DNA of 16,614 bases, from the NCBI GenBank assembly GCA_964534375.1, contig CAZHPN010000142.1, positions 1 to 16,614 on the forward strand, read 5' to 3'. This DNA is from an uncultured bacterium (GTDB taxonomy: Bacteria; Lernaellota; Lernaellaia; Lernaellales; Lernaellaceae). Numbering within the stretch: the stretch's first letter is position 1; every line of letters begins with the position of its first letter. Below the pieces are notes generated by a model. The model was not told the origin of the DNA and did no database searches. It was given only the letters and a program-made list of their open reading frames with translations. Below are positions 15,245 through 16,614 of the stretch, piece after piece. The translations under genes were made by a program, and so were the position numbers.

Positions 15245-16495
15245 ATGCGCAAGCCGTTGAGCGTTTGTGGCCTATGGTTCCTTCTTCTTCTGTCGCTCGC
15301 GCTGTTCGCCGGGTGCGGATCGCAGTCGGCGTCTTCGAACGCCGGGAGCGCGCCGGCGGCTGGCGATGACGACGCCGCGGCCGCGGACGACGACCAGGCG
15401 ACCGGCGACGATGACGACGACGACGACAGCTCGCCGTTCTGGCCGCCGGACCAGCCGGGGCCGTACGGGGCGGGCGTCATCACGATCCAGACGCGCGACG
15501 ATAGCCGCTGGGAGTTGTGGGGCCTGCAATACCGCGGCCTGCCGCTGGAGATTTGGTATCCGACGACCGGCGACGACGGCACGCCCAACAACGTCAAGGC
15601 GATGGTCGGCGACTTGCCGGCGTGGATTATGGATATCGTCGGCCTGGTTTACGGCGACGACCTGAACACCCTGCTGACCACGCCGACGAAGGCGAAGCGC
15701 GATGCGACTCCGGCCGCCGGCGGCCCGTTCCCGGTGCTGTTGTTCAGCCACGGCATCTCCGCCATTCGCTTCCAGAACTACACGCTGTGCGAACACCTCG
15801 CCAGCCACGGCTTCGTCGTCGTGGCGCCCGACCACTACGACGGCGCGATCTTCGCCAACCTCGGCAACGACGACGTGGTCATCTTCAACGTGCTCACTTG
15901 GGTCACGGGTCTCGTCGACCGCCCGCTCGACGTCTCGTTCGTCTACCATTACCTGGAGGGGGCGGCCGGCAGCGGACCGCTCAGCCGCATTCCGATGGAT
16001 CTCGACCAATTCGGCGTCATCGGCCACAGCTACGGCGGCCTGACGGCGATGCAGGCGGGGCCGCAGTATCCGCAGTTCGTCAAGGCGATCGCGGCGCTCA
16101 ACCCGGTCTACACCGACAGCTATCCGCAGGACTATGCCGGGCCGTTCTTCATGCTGCAAAGCGCCGAGGACGAGATCGTCGGCGCGTTCAACGGCGGCAC
16201 GCGCGAGGCGTTCGAGAAGGCCGCCTCGCCCCGGAAATCCTATGTGCTGCTCAAGGAGGGCAGCCATTACAGCGTCACCGACGCCTGCGCCTTGCTGCCG
16301 CCGCTGCTGATCGTGCCGGCGCGCGGCTGCGGGGTGGCCGACCGCATCAATTCGACGCTGGCCAACGAGATTTCCGCGGCCTACGTGACCGCGTTTTTCA
16401 AGACGGGTGTGGTCGGCGACGAGCGGTATCGCGAATACCTGATGTCGAACCACTATCCGAAGGACATCAAATACGCCGTGGAGTGGCCGAAGTAA
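15245..16495 (+). CDS. Alpha/beta-hydrolase lipoprotein (PAF-acetylhydrolase/dienelactone hydrolase-like) with acidic linker
   Basis: MRKPL...LFAGC lipobox; DDD tract; LEIWYP, FPVLLFSHG, LASHGFVVVAPDH, nucleophile GHSYGG, candidate Asp (EDEIV) and His (GSHYS). Confidence 0.9.
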   Translation: MRKPLSVCGLWFLLLLSLALFAGCGSQSASSNAGSAPAAGDDDAAAADDDQATGDDDDDDDSSPFWPPDQPGPYGAGVITIQTRDDSRWELWGLQYRGLPLEIWYPTTGDDGTPNNVKAMVGDLPAWIMDIVGLVYGDDLNTLLTTPTKAKRDATPAAGGPFPVLLFSHGISAIRFQNYTLCEHLASHGFVVVAPDHYDGAIFANLGNDDVVIFNVLTWVTGLVDRPLDVSFVYHYLEGAAGSGPLSRIPMDLDQFGVIGHSYGGLTAMQAGPQYPQFVKAIAALNPVYTDSYPQDYAGPFFMLQSAEDEIVGAFNGGTREAFEKAASPRKSYVLLKEGSHYSVTDACALLPPLLIVPARGCGVADRINSTLANEISAAYVTAFFKTGVVGDERYREYLMSNHYPKDIKYAVEWPK

Positions 16496-16614
16496 GACGG
16501 ACTGTTCGAGGCCGAAGGCAATAGGGTAGACATCGGAGCCTTTTGCACAAATACCGGTACAATGCGCGACTCGTCGCGCCGACCCCTCCCCGAAAATTTC
16601 GGTTCCCGAAATTT

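Overview
GC-rich window from a diderm bacterium (it encodes a TonB-dependent receptor). The acidic linkers and Cys-rich repeats suggest a deltaproteobacteria/Myxococcota-like organism, which is an inference. The left ~9 kb is an accessory cluster of exported proteins built from an export signal, an Asp/Asn-rich linker and a binding-type domain: two WGxSxxDVFAVG beta-propeller lipoproteins, a double FGE/SUMF1-domain lipoprotein, and a 5x10-Cys repeat protein ending in GCGC. A ~96% identical copy of the first gene's 5' cassette is fused to a different (Cys-rich) domain and is cut off next to an AbiEi/AbiEii type IV toxin-antitoxin pair and a tyrosine recombinase remnant. The right half holds a lipoprotein/TonB receptor/cupin operon with a structured leader, a YbhB/YbcL-like lipoprotein, an SDR, a hemolysin III family protein and an alpha/beta-hydrolase lipoprotein. 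The best leads are an unexplained multi-stem RNA-like element at 14146-14300 and evidence for linker-mediated domain shuffling among the surface proteins.
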